DNA of 50,845 nucleotides. Origin: Candidatus Levyibacteriota bacterium (GTDB lineage: Bacteria; Patescibacteriota; Microgenomatia; Levybacterales; UBA12049). Below, piece after piece: positions 18,055 through 27,165 of this stretch; positions within the stretch are counted from its first letter, which is position 1, and every line of letters starts with the position of its first letter. A program made the translations under genes and the position numbers. The DNA lies in NCBI GenBank assembly GCA_016188975.1, contig JACPGQ010000003.1, positions 1-50,845 of the forward strand, given 5' to 3'. The notes beneath the pieces were generated by a model, which saw nothing but the letters and a program-made list of their open reading frames with translations, was not told the DNA's origin and ran no database searches.

Positions 18055-19840
18055 TATTCTCCAAATCTTCTTTCCTCACCACGTAATTCTCAAGTACTAG
18101 ATAATCCAGCTCCGATTTACGGAATGTGTTTAGGGCATTTTCTGGAGAGTTCACGACTGGCTCACCTCTGAGGTTAAAAGACGTATTCATCAGCACATAT
18201 ACACCGGTCAGGTCACCAAATGCTTTAATAAGATCGTAATATCGGGCATTTTGCTTTCGTGAAACTATTTGTAACCGTCCGCTTCCATCAACGTGCGTTA
18301 CCGCCGGAATGACTTTCCTTTTCTCTCTTTTTACCGGAAACACTCCCAACATATAATTCGTCAGATTTTCATGCTCTACTTCTTCAACATCAAAATATTC
18401 TGCAGCTTTTTCGGAGAGGACAACCGGAGCGAAAGGCCGGTACGGTTCTCTGAATTTTATTTTGGTATTCACTATCTCCTTCATTTCCTCCTTCCGCGGG
18501 TCGGCAAGGATTGAGCGATTCCCAAGCGCCCTTGGCCCCCACTCAGCCCTTCCCTGAAAAAAACCGATGACTTTTCCATCTGCAATTTCTTTCGAGAGAA
18601 ACGCGAATAATTTTCCTTCTGTCATTTGTTTATACGGAATATGTTTCGTTTTGAGAAAACGTACAATCTCTGCTCTTGTGAAACCTTTGCCAAAATATGC
18701 ATCCTTCATGACGAATTTTCGCTTCTTTTCCAGAAGGCCATGGTGTGCGTAGAGTGCGGCTCCCATTGCCCCTCCATCGTCACCTGCTGCCGGTTGAATA
18801 AAGATGTTTTTGAATGGCCCTTCCCGAAGTAGCCTCCCGTTGGCGACGCTATTGAGCCCCACGCCTCCAGCAACGCATAAATTCTCTTTCCCGGTTTTCT
18901 CCTTCACCGTTTTTGCAAACTTCAGGATCGTCTCCTCAGTAAATGCTTGTATTGACGCCGCAATATCTGCGTAAAATTGGTTTTGCTTACAAACCTTCTC
19001 ATAGTCACCCGGTTTGTCACCAAAATATTTTGGGTACCCTGATTTTTTGGTGAAAAAATGGAGGTCCCTCGGTCTGGGCTTGCCGAACAGGTTTATAAAT
19101 TCATCGCCATACGCCTTATCCGCAGATTTGTGATATGAGAAATATTTCATGCGCATCTGGAATGACCCATCAGGAAATCGCCGGACTAATTTTTTTACCT
19201 TGTCGATATACAAAGGCCTTCCGTATGGCGCCATCCCCATGACTTTGTATTCACCGTCATTTACCTCAAACCCTAAAAACGCTGTAAAGACAGAATATAA
19301 AAGTCCAAGACTGTGCGGGAACCGCATCTCTTCGATAATCTCTATTTTTGTACCGTCACCTACACCTATTGCAGTTGTTGTCCATTCACCGACTCCGTCC
19401 ATAGTCAGTATTGCTGCGTCGTCAAACCCTGAAGGATAAAACGCCGACGCGGCGTGTGATATGTGGTGCGGGACAAAAAGTATTTTTTTGCGGTCTATTT
19501 TTAACTCCTCGGAAATTGTTGACCTCACCCACAATTTCTCAGTAAACCAGTTGATCATTCCCTTCGCAAAAAGTTGCGACGAGGAGGGATATGTTGCTAG
19601 TGAAGAGAGCAAAATCCTCTGGAATTTCCAAAACGGTTTCTCATAAAAGACGACATAATCAACCTGCTCGACTGAAATATTTGCCTGTCTAAGGCAAAAC
19701 TTCACGGCCTCTTTTGGGAATCCCGCGTCATGTTTTTTTCGGGTAAACCGCTCCTCTGCAGACGCCGCTACGACAATACCGTCTTTTAGAAGACACGCTG
19801 AGGATTCATGGTAGTAGCAGGAAATACCGAGTATATGCAT
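18050..19840 (-). CDS. Carbamoyltransferase (NodU/CmcH/SxtI family)
   Basis: EERFTRKKH, HHISHAASAF, GEYKVMGMAPYG, GPRALGNRSIL, NTSFN. Confidence 0.95.
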   Translation of the reverse strand: MHILGISCYYHESSACLLKDGIVVAASAEERFTRKKHDAGFPKEAVKFCLRQANISVEQVDYVVFYEKPFWKFQRILLSSLATYPSSSQLFAKGMINWFTEKLWVRSTISEELKIDRKKILFVPHHISHAASAFYPSGFDDAAILTMDGVGEWTTTAIGVGDGTKIEIIEEMRFPHSLGLLYSVFTAFLGFEVNDGEYKVMGMAPYGRPLYIDKVKKLVRRFPDGSFQMRMKYFSYHKSADKAYGDEFINLFGKPRPRDLHFFTKKSGYPKYFGDKPGDYEKVCKQNQFYADIAASIQAFTEETILKFAKTVKEKTGKENLCVAGGVGLNSVANGRLLREGPFKNIFIQPAAGDDGGAMGAALYAHHGLLEKKRKFVMKDAYFGKGFTRAEIVRFLKTKHIPYKQMTEGKLFAFLSKEIADGKVIGFFQGRAEWGPRALGNRSILADPRKEEMKEIVNTKIKFREPYRPFAPVVLSEKAAEYFDVEEVEHENLTNYMLGVFPVKREKRKVIPAVTHVDGSGRLQIVSRKQNARYYDLIKAFGDLTGVYVLMNTSFNLRGEPVVNSPENALNTFRKSELDYLVLENYVVRKEDLENI

Positions 19841-19847
19841 AACTATA

Positions 19848-19985
19848 AATCAGAAATCAGAAATTAGAATATCGAAACTCGAAACAAATTCAAAATATAA
19901 GTGTTCAAAATCGAAAACAGTTTTGAAAATTTGTGTTTTTGTCATTTGGTATTGTCTCGGATTTCGTGTATATGATTTCGAATTT
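19848..19985. repeat. Heptamer-based long imperfect inverted repeat
   Basis: AAATCAG/AAATTAG/AAACTCG units at left mirrored by GATTTCG units at right. Confidence 0.7.
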
Positions 19986-19986
19986 A

Positions 19987-20226
19987 CTAGAAGGGTTTTC
20001 TTGCTTCCTCCAACGTCTCCATTTGGTGTTCCCATGGTGAAAAATTTGTTTTTTTCTTAAGGGATGTTCCATAAACCCGCAAAGGATCGCTAAAGAGCCG
20101 AAACGGAATTCCCATGACAAATAGGATTAAGAAATAAAAAACACTAAAAAATATTTTCGCCTGAAAATTGCCAAGCCGATTGGCAATTTTCATCCAGTAT
20201 TTCCAAAGGGTTTTAAGGAACTTCAT
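19987..20226 (-). CDS. SxtJ-like small membrane protein
   Basis: WMKIANRLGNF...FYF...G...RLF-DPL pattern; upstream of the carbamoyltransferase. Confidence 0.75.
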   Translation of the reverse strand: MKFLKTLWKYWMKIANRLGNFQAKIFFSVFYFLILFVMGIPFRLFSDPLRVYGTSLKKKTNFSPWEHQMETLEEARKPF

Positions 20227-21302
20227 TTCTTCATCGAGGCAGGGATTACTGGGGCAAGTTTAGCATAAAGAAGATCAGCAATGATAACTTGAATTTTTTC
20301 ATTGGGGTGATAATCATACCTGCTCACAACAACATCAGATGCATGCATTTTTTTCACTGCCGGATACACGTCTATCACTTCCAGACCGTTACCGGTAAAC
20401 ATCTTTTTTATTTCGTCATACTTGTCCGATAATGGATTATCGGGAAGGAACTTGAAAAAAGGGAGAAGCAAGACAATCGCCTTCCTATTGTCTTCTTTCA
20501 ATATTTTGGAAAACGTTTCGACGTCGTTTTTATGTCGTGCAAAATTCTTTGTGTCCCGATACGAGTCTATATCAACCTGACGAAGCTCTAAAAATGCTTC
20601 GTCATATTTTGCTTCTAATCTCCAGTAAAGATAATCTAAAAAAAATGACTTACTTGTAATTTCCCGTGCAAGGTCGCTTTGTTTTTGTTGTCTGATTAGT
20701 ACTTTTGTACCGGTACTTGCTTTCGGCTGAGCATCATTAAGAAAATACTGCCAGACCACAATGTCGAAATGCATGTCCTTCACCTTCCGGAATTCATCGA
20801 TTTCGTTCCATGTGTCGTATCCCGATTTTCCAAGGTTGTATACTTCTACATTTCTGCCGGAACCCCGAAGTTTTTTCTCAAGAATACTTGAGAATCGATC
20901 TTCCGTATTTTTTATCCCATACCCAAAAGTCATCGAATCTCCCACGATACCGATTCTGGTAACTCCCGGTTTCTTCTCACGAGTAAAATCCCTGTCACGA
21001 TAAAAATAGCTATTATATACGACGTGACGCTTAAACCACCTTTCACTTATTTTCAAGAAACCCAAACTATCCGATTCATCAAACCGGTATCTGAAAAATG
21101 CTTCAAAACCGGTAAAGATGAAAACTGAAAAACAGAAAAAAGTTACAGCCATCAGAAAGGCTTTCTTCTTTCTCTCGCCAATCTGTGATTTGACTATTCG
21201 GACAATTGCGAAAAGGAGAAACGGGAAAAAAACAAAATCAAGAAGGAGAAACGGCCAAAAATCCATCAAGAAGTATGATCCCTTAGCGTAAACTAAAAAC
21301 AT
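20223..21302 (-). CDS. Membrane-anchored SGNH/GDSL hydrolase
   Basis: GDSMTFG, NLG-SGY, FLND and DYHPN catalytic blocks. Confidence 0.88.
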   Translation of the reverse strand: MFLVYAKGSYFLMDFWPFLLLDFVFFPFLLFAIVRIVKSQIGERKKKAFLMAVTFFCFSVFIFTGFEAFFRYRFDESDSLGFLKISERWFKRHVVYNSYFYRDRDFTREKKPGVTRIGIVGDSMTFGYGIKNTEDRFSSILEKKLRGSGRNVEVYNLGKSGYDTWNEIDEFRKVKDMHFDIVVWQYFLNDAQPKASTGTKVLIRQQKQSDLAREITSKSFFLDYLYWRLEAKYDEAFLELRQVDIDSYRDTKNFARHKNDVETFSKILKEDNRKAIVLLLPFFKFLPDNPLSDKYDEIKKMFTGNGLEVIDVYPAVKKMHASDVVVSRYDYHPNEKIQVIIADLLYAKLAPVIPASMKK

Positions 21303-21396
21303 CTAATAATAATACTCTATCAATTGATAAAATCAAGTGGCTCCCGAAATTATTTACTTGTTTTATCTTCCTACATTTAGGTTATAATAGAAACTC

Positions 21397-23166
21397 GTGA
21401 AGAACATCATTAATATCATCAAGATTTCAAAACCGCTGCATCATCTGGTCGCGATTTTGGGAGTTCTTATTCTCGCATCCTCTGCTCTAGCTCTCGTCGC
21501 ACCGATTCTTTCCAAATCAATTGTCGACCAGATTGTCGCCCAAGTGCAAAACAAGGGCGGCAATATGCAGGAGCTTATTCTCCTCATCCTCCTCTCCTTT
21601 GGCGCCAACCTTATAAGCCTTGTCCTGACAACGCTCAGCAATAGAATCGGTGATCACTTCGCAGGACGCTTGAGAAAATTCCTCACTGAAAAATTTTACG
21701 ACAAAGTTCTCACCCTTCCTCAGTCGTATTTTGACTCTGAGGTCTCCGGAAAAATCCTCAATCAGCTCACCCGCGGCATCATGACGATTAACAGCTTTCT
21801 CAACATGGCCAGTAACTTCATGCTGCCGACATTTTTACAAGCAATCTTCATCGTCATCGTACTCTCCTACTACAACCTTCCCATTGCTTTCTTCACCTTT
21901 ATCCTCTTCCCAATCTATCTTGTCCTCTCATACTACTCAACAAAAAAATGGGGTGAAAAAGAAGTCCTGAAAAATCAGATTGAGGACAGGATGCGAGGCC
22001 GCATGCAAGAAGCGATCGTCAACATGAGTCTTGTCAGAAGTTTCACGAGTGAGCCTCGGGAGTTTAAGCTTGTTGAAAAAAGCCTTGAAGAAAGCAACGA
22101 ACTCTACAGAATACAAAGTACTACCTACCACAAATTTGATTTCTTCAGAGGACTTTCTCTCAATATCATTCTTTTTGCGATAAGTATTGTTGTCTTTTAC
22201 AACACATTCCAGGGCATCCTCTCAATAGGCGAAATGGTTCTTATCCTGCAACTCTTCAATCAAGCAAGACTTCCGCTGTTTGCGATGTCTTTCATCCTCA
22301 CCCAAATCCAAATGGCAGAGGCAGGTTCCAAAGAATACTTTGAGATTCTCAATCTGAAGTCTACGGAAAACTACAAGAAAAAAGTTGACGGCAAGCACAT
22401 TACAGACCCTTCGATCGAATTCAAGAATGTCTCGTTCCAGTACGAGACATCTGGCATTGTGCTCAAGGATGTTTCATTCAAGCTAAACCCCAACGAGATG
22501 GCTGCACTCGTTGGCCATAGCGGCGCCGGTAAGTCAACGATTATTAATCTCATTCTTAAATTTTATGACCCGACCCGGGGAAACATTTTGCTCAAAGGCA
22601 AGAACTACAAAGACTTGGATCATGCGTTTATCCGCAACAACATCTCACTTGTTTTCCAGGAAAACGAACTCTTCTCGACAACGGTGAGGGAAAATGTCGC
22701 ATACGGCAAACCTGATTCATCTGAGAAAGAGATCGTCACTGCCCTCAAACTCGCCAACGCCTACGACTTCGTCATGAAGCTACCAAAGGGTCTAGATAGT
22801 GAAGTCGGAGAGCGCGGAGTCAGACTCTCTGGTGGACAGAAACAGCGGATTCAAATAGCACGCGCAATTTTGAAAAATGCCCCGATTCTCATTATGGATG
22901 AGGCGACATCAAGTCTTGACGCAAAATCAGAAAAAGAAGTTCAAGTAGCTCTGGAGAATTTGATGAAAAACAAGCTCGTCATCGTTATCGCGCATAGGTT
23001 CTCAACGATCCAGAATGCCAATAAAATTCTCGTCATTGAAGACGGCAAAATCACAGAATCAGGAACGCCACAGGAACTGGCAAATACAAAGGGTCTTTAC
23101 AGAGAGCTTCTCAACTACCAGGTCGAAGGCAACAAAAAGTTACTGGAGAAATTTGAGATATACTAA
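21397..23166 (+). CDS. ABC transporter, fused permease/ATPase (MsbA-like)
   Basis: TM domain plus GHSGAGKS, LSGGQKQR and MDEATS. Confidence 0.95.
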   Translation: MKNIINIIKISKPLHHLVAILGVLILASSALALVAPILSKSIVDQIVAQVQNKGGNMQELILLILLSFGANLISLVLTTLSNRIGDHFAGRLRKFLTEKFYDKVLTLPQSYFDSEVSGKILNQLTRGIMTINSFLNMASNFMLPTFLQAIFIVIVLSYYNLPIAFFTFILFPIYLVLSYYSTKKWGEKEVLKNQIEDRMRGRMQEAIVNMSLVRSFTSEPREFKLVEKSLEESNELYRIQSTTYHKFDFFRGLSLNIILFAISIVVFYNTFQGILSIGEMVLILQLFNQARLPLFAMSFILTQIQMAEAGSKEYFEILNLKSTENYKKKVDGKHITDPSIEFKNVSFQYETSGIVLKDVSFKLNPNEMAALVGHSGAGKSTIINLILKFYDPTRGNILLKGKNYKDLDHAFIRNNISLVFQENELFSTTVRENVAYGKPDSSEKEIVTALKLANAYDFVMKLPKGLDSEVGERGVRLSGGQKQRIQIARAILKNAPILIMDEATSSLDAKSEKEVQVALENLMKNKLVIVIAHRFSTIQNANKILVIEDGKITESGTPQELANTKGLYRELLNYQVEGNKKLLEKFEIY

Positions 23167-23167
23167 G

Positions 23168-23563
23168 TTACCTGATCTTCTTCGAGTGTTTTTTAAACCA
23201 CAAAGCAATTTCTTCAAAATCTAAGTGCGTATTCTCTGCACGGAGAGGAAATGCAACAAATTCTTTTTGTGAAACATCTAATTCATAACCGTTCACTGCA
23301 AGAAACCGTGCAGTTACTACCATTGATGTCCTCTTGTTTCCATCGACAAACGCATGGTTAAACAAAAGTGAATGAAACAGGGCTGCGGCTTTGCTAAAAA
23401 TGTCCTGATATAAATCTTCTCCACCAAACGATGATTGCGGTCTTGCGAGAGCTGATTGGATCAGTCCTAAATCGCGGATGCCAAAACTCCCGCCATATTC
23501 TTCAATCATGCTGTCGTGAATCGCAATGAGAGAATCGAGAGTGAGATAGACTACGTCTTTCAC
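23168..23563 (-). CDS. Fic/Doc family toxin
   Basis: HAFVDGNKR Fic/Doc motif. Confidence 0.92.
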   Translation of the reverse strand: MKDVVYLTLDSLIAIHDSMIEEYGGSFGIRDLGLIQSALARPQSSFGGEDLYQDIFSKAAALFHSLLFNHAFVDGNKRTSMVVTARFLAVNGYELDVSQKEFVAFPLRAENTHLDFEEIALWFKKHSKKIR

Positions 23564-23805
23564 TTTTTTGCGAGCTCCGTGAGGGCATTTTTGTATTTCG
23601 CATTAAATTTCTCAAGCCACTCAAAAAATTCAGGTGTTAAACCGGAATGCGTACCATTCGTTTTTGTCCTGATTTGCACTAAACCAAGCTTAGCGCTTGT
23701 CTCAACATCAATTATCTGCCCAGGCTTAACCTTTCCTTCTTTCACAAAAGCTTGAGGAAGTGTAACTGCGAGCGAATTTCCTACTGTAATAACTTTCTGT
23801 TTCAT
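23560..23805 (-). CDS. AbrB/MazE-type antitoxin
   Basis: KVITVGNSLAVTLP; overlaps the toxin start by 4 bp. Confidence 0.88.
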   Translation of the reverse strand: MKQKVITVGNSLAVTLPQAFVKEGKVKPGQIIDVETSAKLGLVQIRTKTNGTHSGLTPEFFEWLEKFNAKYKNALTELAKK

Positions 23806-23828
23806 AGTGTCACTGAGTTAATCGAATC

Positions 23829-23846
23829 GTTATAACATATTATAAC
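23829..23846. promoter_or_regulatory. Putative toxin-antitoxin operator
   Basis: GTTATAAC palindrome plus repeated TTATAAC just upstream of the antitoxin. Confidence 0.45.
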
Positions 23847-24012
23847 ACTTCGTAAGATTTGTCAACCCGTTTTTTCGTGATCAACTACCAATATACCAAT
23901 ATATTGGTAGTAAAGACAGTCTGCTTAAAAATACCAGATATAACTTTGTAGAATTGACGAGGAGCTGGAGAAATTTGAGATTTACGAGAAATAGTGCTAT
24001 TATAGGCCTATA

Positions 24013-24654
24013 ATGGCAGAGGCGTATAGACCCACTCCGCAATCAATTATTGATGTAGCAGGGCGAGCCTCATTTCCTATCGTCGAAGCAGAAATCGATG
24101 AGGTATTCCCTGTTTATAAACTCAACTCCTGGGTGTTTCGAGCTGGCGCAGTTGTATACAAGATTCGTTTAGCTACAACCGAAGAACAGAAAATTGCTTC
24201 GGCAAGAGAGGCAAGAAATTTTCAAAGCCTTCTATCATTCTATCGAATGAAGGGGGTTGACTTTGGCCGAAGCGAAGGTCTTACAGGTGACGGTTATACA
24301 TTGCTTCGAATGCCATATCTCGGGATAAGTCTCCATGTAATCGGCCAACAACTTGACCTAGTTAAGCTAGGATATAATTCAGCTGCACTCTCGAATATAG
24401 AAGATCGTTTCTCTCCTGAACGGTTATGCCATTTAGTCGAACAGTTCAAGAGAGACCAGGCAGAATTTGCGAGTGTGTTTGGTCTTGTACACTGTGACTT
24501 AGCACAAAACAACGCTCCAAACAACATTGTCTATAACGAACCGCTGGATAGACTAATCCCAATTGATGCGGAAGCATTTCGAGAGTATGATCCTGAAGCA
24601 TCACAAACATTCCGTGACCAGGTTGCCGCAGTAAAAACCTGGTCCCTTGCTTAG
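24013..24654 (+). CDS. Protein-kinase-like fold hypothetical protein
   Basis: VYKI...E, HCDL....NNIV and IDAE resemble PKL subdomains. Confidence 0.55.
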   Translation: MAEAYRPTPQSIIDVAGRASFPIVEAEIDEVFPVYKLNSWVFRAGAVVYKIRLATTEEQKIASAREARNFQSLLSFYRMKGVDFGRSEGLTGDGYTLLRMPYLGISLHVIGQQLDLVKLGYNSAALSNIEDRFSPERLCHLVEQFKRDQAEFASVFGLVHCDLAQNNAPNNIVYNEPLDRLIPIDAEAFREYDPEASQTFRDQVAAVKTWSLA

Positions 24655-24739
24655 TTTTTACCCAGCTTTCATTTCAATAACTGGAAATCAGGCTAAAACT
24701 GGATTTCTCGAAGAAAATTTACTATAATCATTTCTTACT

Positions 24740-25480
24740 ATGAGTCGTAACTATTTAAATAAACAAGTGCTTCGCGAGAATGCGCTTGTCTACGATGATT
24801 ACTACCAATCAGGCATTATTGATGGTTGGGAGGAGCATGATAAAGTATATAATTTTGGACATCTTTTCAAGATAGCAAAAAAAGCGAAGATGTCGCTTTG
24901 CAACGCATCAGTCCTTGATGTCGGTTGCGGCACAGGAGATATTATCCCCTACCTTCAAAAACAAGGGGTAAAAAAATATATAGGGATTGATATCTACAAA
25001 CCAGCGCTGAGAATCGCGAAGAAAAAATATCCGCAAGAAACGTTCGTCCTCATCGATATTCTCGACACTACTTCGTCATCTTCGCGAACGCGAAGATCTA
25101 GATTCACGGTCCCACTAAAAGCGAGGCTCGCCTTTGGCGGCAAGTCGGGAATGACAACGAATAAGTTCGACTTCGTCCTCTCCTCGGGTGCAATCAGTAT
25201 CAAATTGAAGAGTCTTGATAATTATGAGTTTTTGGAGGCCATGGTGAGAAAAATGTGGAAGATGAGCCGACACGGACTAGCATTCAATGTCCTGACAGAC
25301 GAAGACATCGCGCCAGCCAAGCATCTTTTTTATTACTCAATTGAAAAAGTCAGAAAACTTTGTAAACAGATTGCACCAGATGCAAAGATTGCAATCAGAC
25401 GTACGCCCATTCACAATCGCGGGTACGAAGATGAAGCGCAAATCCACGTGTACATGACAAAAAGCTCCCAACTATCCTAA
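24740..25480 (+). CDS. Class I SAM-dependent methyltransferase with an in-frame repeat-derived insert
   Basis: VLDVGCGTG, YIGIDI, FDFVLSSG. Confidence 0.9.
   Translation: MSRNYLNKQVLRENALVYDDYYQSGIIDGWEEHDKVYNFGHLFKIAKKAKMSLCNASVLDVGCGTGDIIPYLQKQGVKKYIGIDIYKPALRIAKKKYPQETFVLIDILDTTSSSSRTRRSRFTVPLKARLAFGGKSGMTTNKFDFVLSSGAISIKLKSLDNYEFLEAMVRKMWKMSRHGLAFNVLTDEDIAPAKHLFYYSIEKVRKLCKQIAPDAKIAIRRTPIHNRGYEDEAQIHVYMTKSSQLS
25075..25155. repeat. GTCAT...ATGAC element inside a CDS (81 bp)
   Basis: Terminal GTCAT/ATGAC; internal hairpins ATCTTCGCG-AA-CGCGAAGAT and CGCCTTTGGCG. Confidence 0.85.
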
Positions 25481-26980
25481 ACTCTTTCTCAGCCTTGCGG
25501 CTTCTTCTATAAGTTTCCCAAGCGTCTCCCCTTTGACCATCTTCTTGTAAATTTTGTCAGTCAACTTCAAGTGCTGTTTCTCAGCATCGGTTTTCGGACC
25601 GAGCGGTTTTTTCAGATATGCTTCTATTGCGGCGGTATCCTCAATAACTCCATTCCACGCTTCATTTTCTTTTGCTAACTTCTGCAGATTATCTTTATTG
25701 AGAAATCTTCCTGATCGGTCGAGATCATCTCCAAGCTGCAGATAATATTTTTCAATAAGAGCAATCTTTCCTTCTTTTTGCGCTCGAGCAATCCCCCTTC
25801 CCGTCCCGATAATCTCAGGCGGAACACCAAGTGAATAAAGTGCTCCGGTAAATGAAATTGCTCGCGGCAGCTTTACCTTCCCGACTCCCCTTGAATAACC
25901 AAAAAGTCCTATGTGCAACACTCTTTCCCGCCGTTTCGGGATATGCCTGGCAACAGCATTGATTGTCTCGGCGATCGACTCAATTGTCTGTGCATAAAGC
26001 GGCTCAAAAAGCTCACTTGCCTTAAGCAACTCTTTTTCATCAGCACTGTTCACAGTTTGCGCTTGGCCTTCTGGCAGTAGCTTCTCAAGTCTTGCAATTG
26101 CATGGATTACTTCTTCTTTGTCATAGTCATACCGAAACGCGCTTTGGATGACTGCGGTCCTGATACCTTCATATTCCTTGGCAAATCCTTCGACATTGTG
26201 TGGAGTCAATCCCCCTCGAAACGGCAGTGAGGCACAGCCTAAGATCGGATACATCTTCACGCCAGTTTCTTTCTGCAGTTTTTTGTATCGTGAGAGCGCA
26301 ATTTTTATTGCTAGTACTGTCGGGACGATGCCGGAATTAAGCGCTGGATCAGACCTCGCAAGAAATGGACGGAGGTAGTGAGGGTACTCGCCAAACCTTT
26401 TGAGATGGCGCTTGAGGTACTCGCGTAAGATCTCATCAGACGTCGCGATCGTTTGGATATCCTCAAAAAGAGGGATCAGGCTGACATATTTTAAGCTCTC
26501 ACTGTCAAAACGAAAAAGAAAATGCTTGAGGTTTGCTATTTCTGAGAACGCTTCCTGGACATCCATCATCAGCTCTGCACTTTTTGTCATTGGCAAGATG
26601 ACCTCAAAAAGAGGCGGGCTGTGGAGTCCGACCTGCTTGGCCATCGTCGCTGCAGACAAAAGCCCCATAAACGTCCTCCCCAACCGAAACTCCGTCTCAA
26701 CAACGGGGTTTGGAAGCCTGAAGGTGATAAATTTGTCACGCCCCAGCTGCATGTCCTTAAAATACGCAAAATGCTCAGAAAGCATCCGTTCCATCACCGA
26801 CTCATCAACGAGCTTACCCTCCCAATCCCACATATACTCAGATGCGCCAAGCTCTGAAAAAGAGAGAAAACACTCTTTTGTCTCATGCCGAGTTTCAATA
26901 AATGTACTGCTGTGCCAATACGGCACACCAGCATGGTCCGGATGCTGGGAAACCATAGTGGCGGGTATTTTCCTTTTCAT
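25472..26980 (-). CDS. ppcA: Phosphoenolpyruvate carboxylase, archaeal type
   Basis: TMVSQHPD, MWDWEGK, RPFLARSDPALN, PFRGG, LPRAISFT; about 500 aa. Confidence 0.92.
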   Translation of the reverse strand: MKRKIPATMVSQHPDHAGVPYWHSSTFIETRHETKECFLSFSELGASEYMWDWEGKLVDESVMERMLSEHFAYFKDMQLGRDKFITFRLPNPVVETEFRLGRTFMGLLSAATMAKQVGLHSPPLFEVILPMTKSAELMMDVQEAFSEIANLKHFLFRFDSESLKYVSLIPLFEDIQTIATSDEILREYLKRHLKRFGEYPHYLRPFLARSDPALNSGIVPTVLAIKIALSRYKKLQKETGVKMYPILGCASLPFRGGLTPHNVEGFAKEYEGIRTAVIQSAFRYDYDKEEVIHAIARLEKLLPEGQAQTVNSADEKELLKASELFEPLYAQTIESIAETINAVARHIPKRRERVLHIGLFGYSRGVGKVKLPRAISFTGALYSLGVPPEIIGTGRGIARAQKEGKIALIEKYYLQLGDDLDRSGRFLNKDNLQKLAKENEAWNGVIEDTAAIEAYLKKPLGPKTDAEKQHLKLTDKIYKKMVKGETLGKLIEEAARLRKSLG

Positions 26981-26981
26981 G

Positions 26982-27165
26982 TAATTTCTAATTTCTAAAT
27001 CCTAATTTCTAAACTCCACTTCGTTCTAAAGTACTTCGTGGAGCAGGCAATATCAATTTGCTGTGCCCTTCCGAAGTCCCGATTCAATCGGAACGAAGGA
27101 GGGTTTAGAATGTAGGTATTAGGATTTAGGATTTGATTAGTCATTAGAAATTAGGTCAATTAGAA
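26982..27165. repeat. Composite heptamer-arm element with nested hairpins, copy A
   Basis: Near-identical in reverse complement to 47970-48127. Confidence 0.9.

Noticed and set aside
17680..20226. Saxitoxin biosynthesis
   Set aside because: Only sxtIJK-like genes are present; no sxtA/sxtG-type core genes in the window.
26400..26984. 194-aa plus-strand ORF and the many other antisense or nested ORFs in the track
   Set aside because: Shadows of well-supported genes on the opposite strand or in another frame; no motifs.
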